Shown here in pieces: positions 40,238 to 49,755 of a DNA stretch of 64,000 bases (positions are counted from its first letter, which is position 1; each line of letters begins with the position of its first letter). Origin of the DNA: Phycisphaerae bacterium (GTDB lineage Bacteria > Planctomycetota > Phycisphaerae > UBA1845 > Fen-1342); the NCBI GenBank assembly GCA_963675745.2, contig CAXXWX010000016.1, positions 128,001 through 192,000 on the forward strand, in the 5' to 3' direction. The notes below the pieces were generated by a model. The model did not search any database. It had not been told where the DNA came from and worked only from the letters and a program-made list of their open reading frames with translations. Made by a program: the position numbers and the translations under genes.

Positions 40238-40453
40238 ATGACATCCGGCAATGTGAAGTGGTTTGATCAGAAGAAAGGGTACGGCTTTATCGTTGGCCCC
40301 GAAGGACAGGATGTATTCGTGCACTACACGAACATCCAGGCCGAAGGCTTTCGGTCTTTGCGGGACGGCGAGACGGTCGAGTACGAGCTGAAGAAGACCG
40401 ACAAGGGGCTTCAGGCCGGAACCGTTCGGCCGGTTGCCTCGCATGAGGCCTGA
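40238..40453 (+). CDS. Cold-shock domain protein
   Basis: GNVKWFDQKKGYGFI (RNP1), DVFVHY (RNP2); GGAGG RBS. Confidence 0.96.
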   Translation: MTSGNVKWFDQKKGYGFIVGPEGQDVFVHYTNIQAEGFRSLRDGETVEYELKKTDKGLQAGTVRPVASHEA

Positions 40454-40715
40454 CGGTCGCCTTGCCACGGTGAACGAGCGTTTGCCGGACCAGCGTGGAC
40501 GGCTGACCCGCCCGCAGCGGGCGTGACAGGCAAATAGGGGATGGCGCCGCGCGTCTGGGTGTGCGCACCACCTGTAAGTACGGGTGGTCCGCCGCGCCAC
40601 TTGTGGTGCCTGACTTCCGCACGAGTGCACTGGAGCGATCCAGTGTGGAGTCGGTCCCCGAATATCGACACTTCGCCGGCCCGAGCAGGGACGCGCATAG
40701 ACGCCGAGGTTATCC

Positions 40716-42383
40716 GTGGCCACGTTTCATGTATTGCAGGGTCCGGACAAGGGGCGCACGCTCAAGACCGACGATAGCGTGGTGCTGATCGGCCGGGCCA
40801 GCGACCAGGTCCCCCTCACCGACCAGACCGTCAGCCGGCGACACGCCCAGCTCAAGCGTGAGAACGACGCCTGGACGCTCTACGATCTCCACAGCGTCAA
40901 CGGAACATATCTCAATGGTGTGCGGCTCCAGAAGCCGACGCGCCTGAAGCACGGCGACCAGATACGCGTCGGCAGCACGCTGTTCGTTTACGCCGGCGAG
41001 GAACGCACCGAGCAGTTCGCCGGCTCGACCATACCCACCGACCTGGTCACGCTTGACGCGGCCAACGACGCCATTGACGCATCCATTGTCGCCAGCGTGC
41101 CCTCCAACGAGGATAGCGTGGTGATGGCGGCGCCGGAGACCGCGTCAGCCGTCAAGGCCTGGCGCGTGATCCGCGAGCTGGCCGACGTGATCGGCAGCCT
41201 GCTGCCGCCTGACAAGCTCCTCGCACGCGTCATGGACATAATATTCGCGGAGGTCGAGGTCGAGCGTGGCGTGATCTTTGTGCGCGACGACGCCGCGGAA
41301 GAGCTGCTGCCGGAGGTCGTGCGGTTTCGACGTACAGAGGGCAAGCACGCCGCACCGGACGAGGCCATCATCGCCTCTCGCACCATCATGAAACACGTGA
41401 TCGATGCCCGCGACGGCGTGCTGTGCTCAAATGTCATCGCCGACAAGCGCTTTCGCAGCGGCAAGAGCGTGCAGAACCTGGGCATGCGTTCGGTGGTCTG
41501 CGCGCCGATCGTCGCCCGGGAACAGGTCCTGGGTATCATCCACCTCGACTGCCCGGTGACACGCCACACATATACCGAGCACGAGCTGCGCCTGATCACG
41601 GCGATCGGCTACCAGACCGGACTGGCGATCGAAAATGCCCGGCTCGTGCAGGCCCAGTTACAGCAGGAGCGGCTGGCGGCGACCGGCGAGACGGTCGCCT
41701 ACCTGTCGCACTCCATCAAGAACATGCTTCAGGGTCTGCAAAGCGGCGGTGATGTGCTGAAACGCGGTCTGGGCAAGCGCGACCTGGCGGCCGTCACGCA
41801 AGGCTGGGGCATCGTCACGCGCAATCTCGACAAAGTTTCGCGACTCATGATGAACATGCTGGCCTTCAGCAAGGACCGCGAGCCCCACCTGGAGCTGATC
41901 CAGATCAACAAGATCGTCGAAGAGGCCATCGCTGAATTACAGGGCCAGGCCGATCGCAAATCGGTGGTGCTCCTGAGCGATCTGGACGAGTTTGCCCCCA
42001 TCCCTCTCGATTATGACGGCGCGCATCAGCTTATCCTCAATCTGGTCGGCAACGCGATTGATGCCGTTCCGCCGGACAAGGGGATCGTCAATGTGCGGAC
42101 GTCGTTTGATGCGGTCGATGACGTCGTGGTTCTCACCGTGGCGGACAACGGTCCCGGTGTGCCCGAGGAGGAACGGGAACGCGTGTTCGAGCCGTTTCAC
42201 TCGACCAAGGGACACGCCGGCACCGGTCTGGGCCTCGCGGTCGCCCGCAAATTCGTGCTCGAGATGGGTGGGCGCATCGAGCTGAACTGCCCCAAAGACG
42301 GCGGGGCCGAGTTCATCGTCCGCCTGCGCAGCCAACGCGATCAGACGCTCGAGGCTGGCGATACGCACGGCCCCGGTGCATGA
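40716..42383 (+). CDS. FHA-GAF sensor histidine kinase
   Basis: FHA: IGR...VSRRHA...DLHSVNGT. GAF: RSVVCAPI. Kinase: LSHSIKN, NLVGNAIDA, DNGPG, GTGLGL. Confidence 0.92.
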   Translation: MATFHVLQGPDKGRTLKTDDSVVLIGRASDQVPLTDQTVSRRHAQLKRENDAWTLYDLHSVNGTYLNGVRLQKPTRLKHGDQIRVGSTLFVYAGEERTEQFAGSTIPTDLVTLDAANDAIDASIVASVPSNEDSVVMAAPETASAVKAWRVIRELADVIGSLLPPDKLLARVMDIIFAEVEVERGVIFVRDDAAEELLPEVVRFRRTEGKHAAPDEAIIASRTIMKHVIDARDGVLCSNVIADKRFRSGKSVQNLGMRSVVCAPIVAREQVLGIIHLDCPVTRHTYTEHELRLITAIGYQTGLAIENARLVQAQLQQERLAATGETVAYLSHSIKNMLQGLQSGGDVLKRGLGKRDLAAVTQGWGIVTRNLDKVSRLMMNMLAFSKDREPHLELIQINKIVEEAIAELQGQADRKSVVLLSDLDEFAPIPLDYDGAHQLILNLVGNAIDAVPPDKGIVNVRTSFDAVDDVVVLTVADNGPGVPEEERERVFEPFHSTKGHAGTGLGLAVARKFVLEMGGRIELNCPKDGGAEFIVRLRSQRDQTLEAGDTHGPGA

Positions 42384-42397
42384 CGCGCCGGCGTTAG

Positions 42398-44869
42398 TCA
42401 GTCGCGCCCCAATTTCGCCTTGTCCACTGCCGACAGGTCTGCATACAGCAGCATGTTGCGCATGATCCGCAGAGAACTGTCGCCGTCATAGCCGCGGCAG
42501 TCGTAAACGTCTGTGCCCAGCAGGCCGCTGCTCAAATCCAGCGGCGACACCAGCGCCGCCGCGTTGCGCTTGAGGTTGTAAGTCATCAGTCGCGGATAGC
42601 CACGTCCGCCCGCCTCCCGCCGAGCGGCGCGACGGTAGGCGACTCCCTCGAGCGACACGGCGTCGGGGATCCCGTCACCGGATACGATCGCGGCCTTGTG
42701 CGGCGCCGGCTCGGCCGACGATCGCAGGGCCTTGGTCAGGTATGTATCGAGCGCGTCGGCGAATTGACCCGCCCCGCCCGTGGCATCGGCCAGCAGTGTG
42801 CCCCCGCGCGTCAGAAAACGCTGGAGGCCGTCCAGCTCTTCTTCGCTCAGTTCGAAGGCGCCGTTGCCGGTGATGTGTGCGACCTTGAACTCGCGCAGCC
42901 TCGGCGAGTCAAGCTCAACGCCATTCTCAACGACAAGTCGCGTGGCGGCCTGGTTGTTCATGTAGTTGGCCAGACGATCCCATCCATACGGCTCGGGGTT
43001 CCACGCACCGTCATACTTGATTCGCGCCACATTGATTTCGCGCACGGGGTCGACCGCCAGACGCTCGATGTATGGGCCCTTGAGGCGGCTGCGCTGCGTG
43101 GTTTTGTCGGTCGCATAAAGGAAGATATTCACGCCCAGTTGGAAGTCTTTCTCGCGGTTACGATAGTGGTACTTGTGCCAGGCCTCGGCGATGTCGCGCG
43201 TACTGAGCAGCATGAGCGTGCGTAGACCGCTGTTCATTTCATAGATTTCCGGTGGATCATCGATCGGCGAGCGCACGTCGCCGTTGAACAGCGGATGATC
43301 GGGTGGGAGCTTTTCGAGAGCGTACTCCGGGAACATGCGTGTCGCGAGGGCTCTAAAACCCTGGGCGAAATCCTGGCTGTTGTGATCGGCCACACCGAGA
43401 ATCATGCCCCCCCGCCGGCAGTACTCACGCAACTTCGCGACCTCGGCGTCACTGAACTGCCACTCCAGCCGCCCGCACATGTACAGCACGGGTGCTTCCA
43501 TCAGGTCGGCCAGCGAGCCGTCCAGTCGCACGATCTGCCAGTTCACCAGCCGTTCGAGGCTGCGCGCCGTGTAGCGCGTCAGGCCGGCCACGTCGCGCAT
43601 CTTGTTGTTCCAGTCAGAGACGCGGACGGTCTCGACGTTCTCGTCCGAAGGCGCGCCGGGTTCCGCATTTGGTTCATCCTCGTCCCCCCATCGGCTGCGC
43701 GGACGCTCGTCGTCACGCCGCGCTTCCTCGCCGCGCCGCGGGGCGCCGCGGCGGCGGGATTCGCGCGCCGAGATTTCGCGGGTCTCGACCCACTCGTGTT
43801 CGAGCTTGTTGAACAACACCGGGGCGCGGCCGTGACAGAGGAACATCAGCCCGAAGCTGGTGTTGCGCAGGTCCGACGCGGTGAATTCCTGCCCAGCGCC
43901 GCCGCCGGGCCATGAGCCGTCGGCGCGCTGTTCACCCAGCAGGAAAGCGGCACCCTCGCGGAACCAGTCAATCTCGCGGAAATACTTCTGCCCGCTGGCG
44001 CGACCGACGCGTTCGATGCCGTAGAGGTAGTAGTATTTCCATTTCTCATCGCCGTGCGGATTGTCAACGGTGAATTCGCGCGCATACCAGTCAAGCCCAC
44101 GATCAATCGTGGCGACGAGATCGACCGCCTCGCGCGGACGATCGACGTACAGGCGATCGAGGGCCACGTACAGCGACGCCAGGCCGGCGGCGGTCATCGA
44201 TCCGGTCGTCGAGCGGCCGCGCGCGTCATATCCCCAGCCGCCATCGCCGTTCTGATTGCCCATCCAGTGCCCGGCCACCAGCTCCCAGTAGGTGTTGGCG
44301 ACGGTGGCCCCGGCGTCAGTGCCCATCCAGACGCCCAGCACGCCGTACTGCGAATTCGAATTGTCGTAGCGCGAGGTCGGCCGCCCCTTGTAGTCGTAGG
44401 CCCCCGGATGGGCGCTGTCCGCGGCACCGATGTTGTGGGCCAGCCAGTCCACATCGCGCTGAAGGTGGCGTGCGTATTTCCGCTGGGGAACGAGGGCGAG
44501 CACATGGGCGCGCGTACCCACCGTATAGGTGTGCGAAAGCTCCTGAGAAGCCAGCCACTCGAGCGAGGTGACCATATCATCAGCGAGCGGATTCTCACCG
44601 GCGTAAAGCAGGGCGAGCAGCGTCAGTCCGGTATCGCCGGCCCATACCATCGACTTCTCACCGTGGGTTTCCCAATGCCCCGACTCATTGCGCTGGGCCT
44701 TGAGCCAGGTGACGGCGTTGCGGATGGCGTCGTCGACGGCCGCGTCCGTCACGCGGTCGGCGGCTCGGGAGGCCGGCGCCGGCCAACTCACGAGCAGCAG
44801 CATCCAGATATTGAGCCAGACCGCCGCCAGGCGGACCCCCTCGCGAGGTCGGTTCCGGGGACTAATCAT
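42398..44869 (-). CDS. Secreted prenyltransferase/squalene-cyclase-like barrel fused to two DUF4159-like domains
   Basis: Signal peptide; DNSNSQYGVLG, QNGDGGWGY, SMTAAG, YYLYGIERVG, QRADGSW; two domains containing LREYCRRGG and LQRFLTRGGTLLAD. Confidence 0.8.
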   Translation of the reverse strand: MISPRNRPREGVRLAAVWLNIWMLLLVSWPAPASRAADRVTDAAVDDAIRNAVTWLKAQRNESGHWETHGEKSMVWAGDTGLTLLALLYAGENPLADDMVTSLEWLASQELSHTYTVGTRAHVLALVPQRKYARHLQRDVDWLAHNIGAADSAHPGAYDYKGRPTSRYDNSNSQYGVLGVWMGTDAGATVANTYWELVAGHWMGNQNGDGGWGYDARGRSTTGSMTAAGLASLYVALDRLYVDRPREAVDLVATIDRGLDWYAREFTVDNPHGDEKWKYYYLYGIERVGRASGQKYFREIDWFREGAAFLLGEQRADGSWPGGGAGQEFTASDLRNTSFGLMFLCHGRAPVLFNKLEHEWVETREISARESRRRGAPRRGEEARRDDERPRSRWGDEDEPNAEPGAPSDENVETVRVSDWNNKMRDVAGLTRYTARSLERLVNWQIVRLDGSLADLMEAPVLYMCGRLEWQFSDAEVAKLREYCRRGGMILGVADHNSQDFAQGFRALATRMFPEYALEKLPPDHPLFNGDVRSPIDDPPEIYEMNSGLRTLMLLSTRDIAEAWHKYHYRNREKDFQLGVNIFLYATDKTTQRSRLKGPYIERLAVDPVREINVARIKYDGAWNPEPYGWDRLANYMNNQAATRLVVENGVELDSPRLREFKVAHITGNGAFELSEEELDGLQRFLTRGGTLLADATGGAGQFADALDTYLTKALRSSAEPAPHKAAIVSGDGIPDAVSLEGVAYRRAARREAGGRGYPRLMTYNLKRNAAALVSPLDLSSGLLGTDVYDCRGYDGDSSLRIMRNMLLYADLSAVDKAKLGRD

Positions 44870-44990
44870 ACCGGCATCCTCATGCTTCCCGGCCCAACAG
44901 GTTGTTTGACCGTCCATTGGCATCCGCCTAATATTGTTGCGGACAATCGCGGTTCGTGAAGTCTGGCACATCTCGCCTGGAAGGTTACGC

Positions 44991-46229
44991 GTGGCGGACC
45001 CGTCAGAAGACACTCATATAGCGCGCCTCGTGGTAGAGCGTCAATACGCCACCTCCGAGGAGATCCGTGTCGCTACCGAGTTTCGTGAGCAGCAGGCCCA
45101 GAGCGGCCGCAGCCGGCCGCTGGGCGAAGTTCTTATCGACCTCGGATTTCTCACGCGCACACAATACCAGCGCCTGACGGGTTTTGGGAAGGAAGACTCG
45201 GGCGGTCGTCCGGCACAGCAGATCTCCGGTTATCAGATCTTAAAGAAGGTCGGCGCGGGGGCGATGGCGATTGTGTACAAGGCCCGCCAGCTCAGCCTCG
45301 ATCGCATAGTCGCGATCAAGGTTCTGCCTCGCCGCATGAGCAAGAACCAGGATTTTGTTGAGCGGTTTTATCGCGAGGGGCGGGCGGCCGCCGCTTTGAG
45401 CCACAACAACATCGTGCAGGCGATCGACGTCGGCGAGTCGGGGGGGTTCCACTATTTCGTGATGGAATTCGTCGAAGGCTGCACGGTATACGACGAGCTT
45501 GCTGACGGTAAGGTGTACTCGGAGCAGGAAGCGATCGATATCGTGACGCAGATCGCCGAAGCCCTGCTGCACGCCCACGATCGCGGCTTCATCCACCGTG
45601 ACGTGAAGCCCAAGAACATCATGCTCACACCACAGCGCGTCGCCAAGCTGGCCGATATGGGTCTGGCGCGCGAAGCGACGGATCTCGAGGCGGCGATGGC
45701 CGAGGCGGGCCGGGCTTATGGGACGCCCTACTACATCAGCCCCGAGCAGATTCGCGGCGAGGTGAACATCGACCAGCGCGCCGATCTATACTCGCTCGGC
45801 GCGACGTTTTATCACATGATCACCGGCCGCGTCCCGTTTGAGGCGCCGACGCCGTCGGCGGTCATGCACAAGCACCTGAAAGAACCGCTGACGCCACCGG
45901 ACCACATCAACACCAGCCTGACATCGGGCTGTGGTTCGATGATCGAGATGTTGATGGCCAAGAGCGCTGACGAACGCTATCCCAGTGCGCGCGAGCTGCT
46001 CGAAGACCTGGCGCTGCTGGGGCGCGGCGAGTCACCCCACTACGCCCGTCAATTCCTCGATCATGACGTGCTGAACAACCTGTCCTCGGGCGAAAACGTG
46101 ATTACCGAGGTGCCCTCCTCACGCCGCAGCCACTCGGAGGACATGGCCACGCCGTCCGTTGCGGTGATTGTGCTGGCGATCGTGGCGGGCGTCAGTCTGC
46201 TGCTGAATATCGTGCTGGCCTTGCGTTAG
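44991..46229 (+). CDS. Ser/Thr protein kinase with C-terminal TM anchor
   Basis: VGAGAMAIVY, VAIK, HRDVKPKN, ADMGLA, GTPYYISPEQ; hydrophobic C-terminus. GTG start at 44991 inferred. Confidence 0.93.
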   Translation: MADPSEDTHIARLVVERQYATSEEIRVATEFREQQAQSGRSRPLGEVLIDLGFLTRTQYQRLTGFGKEDSGGRPAQQISGYQILKKVGAGAMAIVYKARQLSLDRIVAIKVLPRRMSKNQDFVERFYREGRAAAALSHNNIVQAIDVGESGGFHYFVMEFVEGCTVYDELADGKVYSEQEAIDIVTQIAEALLHAHDRGFIHRDVKPKNIMLTPQRVAKLADMGLAREATDLEAAMAEAGRAYGTPYYISPEQIRGEVNIDQRADLYSLGATFYHMITGRVPFEAPTPSAVMHKHLKEPLTPPDHINTSLTSGCGSMIEMLMAKSADERYPSARELLEDLALLGRGESPHYARQFLDHDVLNNLSSGENVITEVPSSRRSHSEDMATPSVAVIVLAIVAGVSLLLNIVLALR

Positions 46230-46420
46230 CCCCCCTACGGCGAAACCCGCTGTCAAGCCGCCGCACAACGTCCGTATATGAGCGCTCGCTCACACGTCCG
46301 CCGTCCCGACCCGATAGAGCAATCTGTGTAGCCGGGTTGCCAAAGCGGTTGCCAACGGGTCAAATACGTGACTTTCATACCGCCCGCAGGAGTGGTGAGG
46401 TTCTCGCCAAACGCTGATAT

Positions 46421-47137
46421 ATGGATGCTCTGTTATTAGGTGGTTTGATCGCCGGCGTCGGCATCGACGAGGCGACGATGGTCGAGTGGCTGCGTGTCGC
46501 GTTCTATCCGACACTGCTCGGCATCCTCATAGTCGCCAGCCTGGGCATCCCGATCCCCGAGGACATTCCGTTGATCGCCGCCGGCGTGATCCTGGCCACG
46601 CACCCCGAGGTGGCCAGTTGGAGCGGCACGCTGCTGGTGGCGCTGTTGGGGATAATGAGCGGCGACCTGGTGCTCTACAGCTTTGGCCGATTCGTCGGGC
46701 CCGGCCTGGTCCGTCACCGACTGGTGCGTTGGATGATCACGCCCCGCCGCTTTGCGCGCACCGCGCAGCAATTCAGAAAACACGGCGCGTGGGCGTGTTT
46801 CTTCGGCCGCTTCTTTGTGGGCATTCGGGCGATGATGTGCATGACCGCCGGCGCCACCCGCTATCCATACTGGAAGTTCTTTCTGGCCGACTGTGCCGGC
46901 GCTGTGCTGTCCATTCCGCTGTTTGTCGGGCTGGGCTATTGGTTCGCCGGCATGATCCCGACGTTGCGGCGGTGGTTGGTCGGTGTCAACAGCGCGGCGC
47001 TGATCGGCGTCGTCATCCTGGTGATCGGGATAATCATCTACTGGAAGCTGCGCGGCTTCCGCCGCCTGACACGCGCATCACAGCGCGACGTGGCCGCCTT
47101 GAAAGCCTCACCGGACAACAACTCGCACGCCGCGTGA
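46421..47137 (+). CDS. DedA family membrane protein
   Basis: LGIPIPEDIPLIAAG, GDLVLYSFGR, FFGRFFVGIR, AGA, KFFLAD. Confidence 0.93.
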   Translation: MDALLLGGLIAGVGIDEATMVEWLRVAFYPTLLGILIVASLGIPIPEDIPLIAAGVILATHPEVASWSGTLLVALLGIMSGDLVLYSFGRFVGPGLVRHRLVRWMITPRRFARTAQQFRKHGAWACFFGRFFVGIRAMMCMTAGATRYPYWKFFLADCAGAVLSIPLFVGLGYWFAGMIPTLRRWLVGVNSAALIGVVILVIGIIIYWKLRGFRRLTRASQRDVAALKASPDNNSHAA

Positions 47138-47310
47138 TCCTGCGCGAACCGCCCCGTCGACATGACGCTTATGCCACCCGTGGACAACACGCAGTCAACA
47201 TGGGAAGCTCCCCTACCGCACCGGACCGTTAACATACCGCAGCGGTCGCGCTCAAGAGACACCGGGAACCGATGTCTACTGCCGATTCATATCAGCCGGT
47301 TTCCCGCAGC

Positions 47311-49019
47311 CTAGTACAGGTTCGCGGCGGTGAGTGCGATTACGAACGGATCGATGTCCGCGTTGTCGACAGCGCCATCGAGATTGCAGTCCGCGTTATC
47401 ACAGGGGTACTGCGTGACGTACGCGGCATGGTCTGAGAGCGCCATCAGAAACGCGTCGATGTCGCCATTGTTGAGCAGGCCATCACAGTTTGCGTCGCCG
47501 GTCACGTGCGTGAAGATGAAGACCGTGCCGTTGTAGCTGTTGCTGAACGGCTGAACGGCGAACCGAAGAGGATTTCATCCAGACCGTCATTGTTCGTGTC
47601 CGACGCGGACAGCGAAAAGCCGATGCGGTCCTGCGCGCCGCCGATGATTCGCAGGTCGGAGTCAACGTTGGCCGTAAACGTAGCGCCCGGGGAGAAATCG
47701 CGTCCCCAAAGCACCTCCACGACGCCGTTGCTGGAGGGTCCGCCGAAGCGTTCGGACGCGGCCACGTCGTCATAGCCGTCGCCGTTGAAGTCACCGGCGC
47801 TGGTTTCGGCCCCCAGGCCTTCCTGGTATTCACCGATGAACAGGAAGTCCGGAGTGGCGGTGGCATAGTCGATCAGGTGCGTACCGGTTTGATAGCTGGT
47901 CGACCCCAGCAAGCCGTAAACGAAACCGTCGCCGATCTGGTCGTCGAACACGCCGGCGTCGGCTCCGGGGGCGCCGGTTGCCAGGTCCATGATGCCGTCA
48001 TGGTTGAAATCACCGACGGCGGCTGATTCGCCGAGATCGTCATACTTGCGATATCCCAGCAGGGTTATGTCAGCCGGCGTTGTGCCCAGGTTGTAGTAGC
48101 TGGTCGTCCAGGTTGTGCGGCCACGGAAGATATGGACGGCGCCCTCGGAGTCGAAGAGGTACTGGCTGAAATAGTGGTTGGGGATGATCACGTCATCAAG
48201 GCCGTCGCCAGTGACATCGCCGGTGAGCACAAAGTCGCCGGTTTCGTCGTATCTGTCGTCGCCATAGATCGCGACGTCGTAGTTGGCACTGGAGGCAAGA
48301 TCGAGCGTCGTACCGGTGGCAAACGACTGGCCCAGCACGATGTAGACACGCCCGGTGTCGTCGGTATTGCCGTCGGCCAGATGCACGCCCAACACAATAT
48401 CGCCATAAACGTCGCCGCTGAGATTACCGATGGCGGCGGCGTGGGTGTCTCCGCCGCCGAAAGACAAGCAGGCGCCCATATCGCCGGCGGCCACCGGCCC
48501 TATGATGCGCACGTCCCATTCGCTCGTGGTGCTCAGATCGCGCGTTGGCGAGTCGAAGAAACCAGCGCCGCCATAGATGAGATACGCGATGCCGGCGTCG
48601 GCCCGGCTGCTGTAGTCGGCGAGCGACGCGCAGATCAGCAGGTCGTCAATGGTGTCGCCGTTGACGTCGCCCGTGGTGATCGAGGAGCCGAGGTTGTCGT
48701 CAAGCTGGGCCCCGATAACCACCTGATCCACTCCGCCGAGCGTCAGATCCACGAGTCCCTGCCCGTGTGTGCCGGGGCCGCCACGAATTATGTACACGTG
48801 GCTGATGACGCTGCCCCACGATTCGGACGCGGCGACGATCACCTCGTCGTACCCGTCGCCGTCGAGGTCGCCCGCCGCCAATGGTCGCCCCCAGTCCTGA
48901 TCAACGACCGGGCTGAGAAAAACCGTACCGGCGTCGGCGGCCTGGTACTCGGGCGGTGTCGCCAGGGCGGGGGATACCACCAACAGCGCAATAACGATGG
49001 TGTGAATACTGCTTCGCAC
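47311..49019 (-). pseudogene. Secreted FG-GAP (integrin-like) propeller with dockerin-like C-terminus, interrupted by an 8-bp duplication
   Basis: Repeats GDLDGDGYDE, GDVNGDTIDD, GDFNHDGIMD. CTGAACGG is duplicated at 47543-47558; removing one copy gives ...FGSPFSNSYNGTVFIFTHVTGDANCDG..., 566 aa. Confidence 0.87.
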
Positions 49020-49270
49020 GACGCACTCCTGTTCCCTACCGGATCATCTTGACTGCCATGTGCAGAACTTCATTTTACCGCGCCGCAACGGTCGCCCCAA
49101 ACAAAGTCGGCGGTTGCGCGGGAGGATTTGGGCGCCGGAGGCTCAGCCGTTATCATTCGCCGTGATAATAAGGGGAAGCGCGCCAACATGGCTTCGCACC
49201 GTGACAGGTCGGCGGGCTAAGACGGTTGGGTCCACAGTGTCGGCGTATGGCTGAATGCGAAGGAGATCGT

Positions 49271-49483
49271 GTGAAATCGGCTCACCGGCGCGCGTTGGCC
49301 GTTCTTGTCGCAATCGCGCTGACCGGCGCTCTGATGGGCTGTATCGATCCCGTGGCGCTATTCGTGAAATCGCAAGCGGGCTTCTGGCCGACCGGGACGA
49401 ACGCGCTCACACGCGCGCTGTGGGACCTATTCTCCGAGCGGTCGCCAAGTGAGCGCTGGGCAGAGCTATACGGCGATCTGTGA
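49271..49483 (+). CDS. 70-aa putative lipoprotein
   Basis: GAAGGAG RBS before the GTG; basic N-terminus, hydrophobic core, LMGC lipobox. Confidence 0.65.
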   Translation: MKSAHRRALAVLVAIALTGALMGCIDPVALFVKSQAGFWPTGTNALTRALWDLFSERSPSERWAELYGDL

Positions 49484-49528
49484 AGGCTGCCCCCCACCGC
49501 AGACTGCAAGCCCGATGCACTGTGTCCA

Positions 49529-49599
49529 CATGCCGACGCGAACAGCCGTCGGCATGGCACCCAGATGGTCACGTCGGCATGGCACCCGGCATGGCACCC
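49529..49599. repeat. Hairpin plus three GGCATGGCACCC copies (second REP-like family)
   Basis: CATGCCGACG/CGTCGGCATG stem at 49529-49556; GGCATGGCACCC at 49551, 49576 and 49588. Confidence 0.75.
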
Positions 49600-49636
49600 A
49601 GCAACCTCCGTTATGCGCCACAGTTCGGCTGTGACT

Positions 49637-49719
49637 TGTAACGGCCGGCGCCTCGCCGGCCGCCTGATATCGGTAGTGCCGTTCGGGGCCGACGGCCTGC
49701 GAGGCGCAGGCCGCTACAA
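49637..49719. repeat. REP doublet, copy 3
   Basis: TGTAACGGCCGGCGCCTCGCCGGCCGC (49637-49663) plus an inverted REP at 49688-49718 identical to 30527-30557. Confidence 0.88.
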
Positions 49720-49755
49720 CGCTGTGGCCGCGCAGCTGTTGAACCGGCAACGGCG

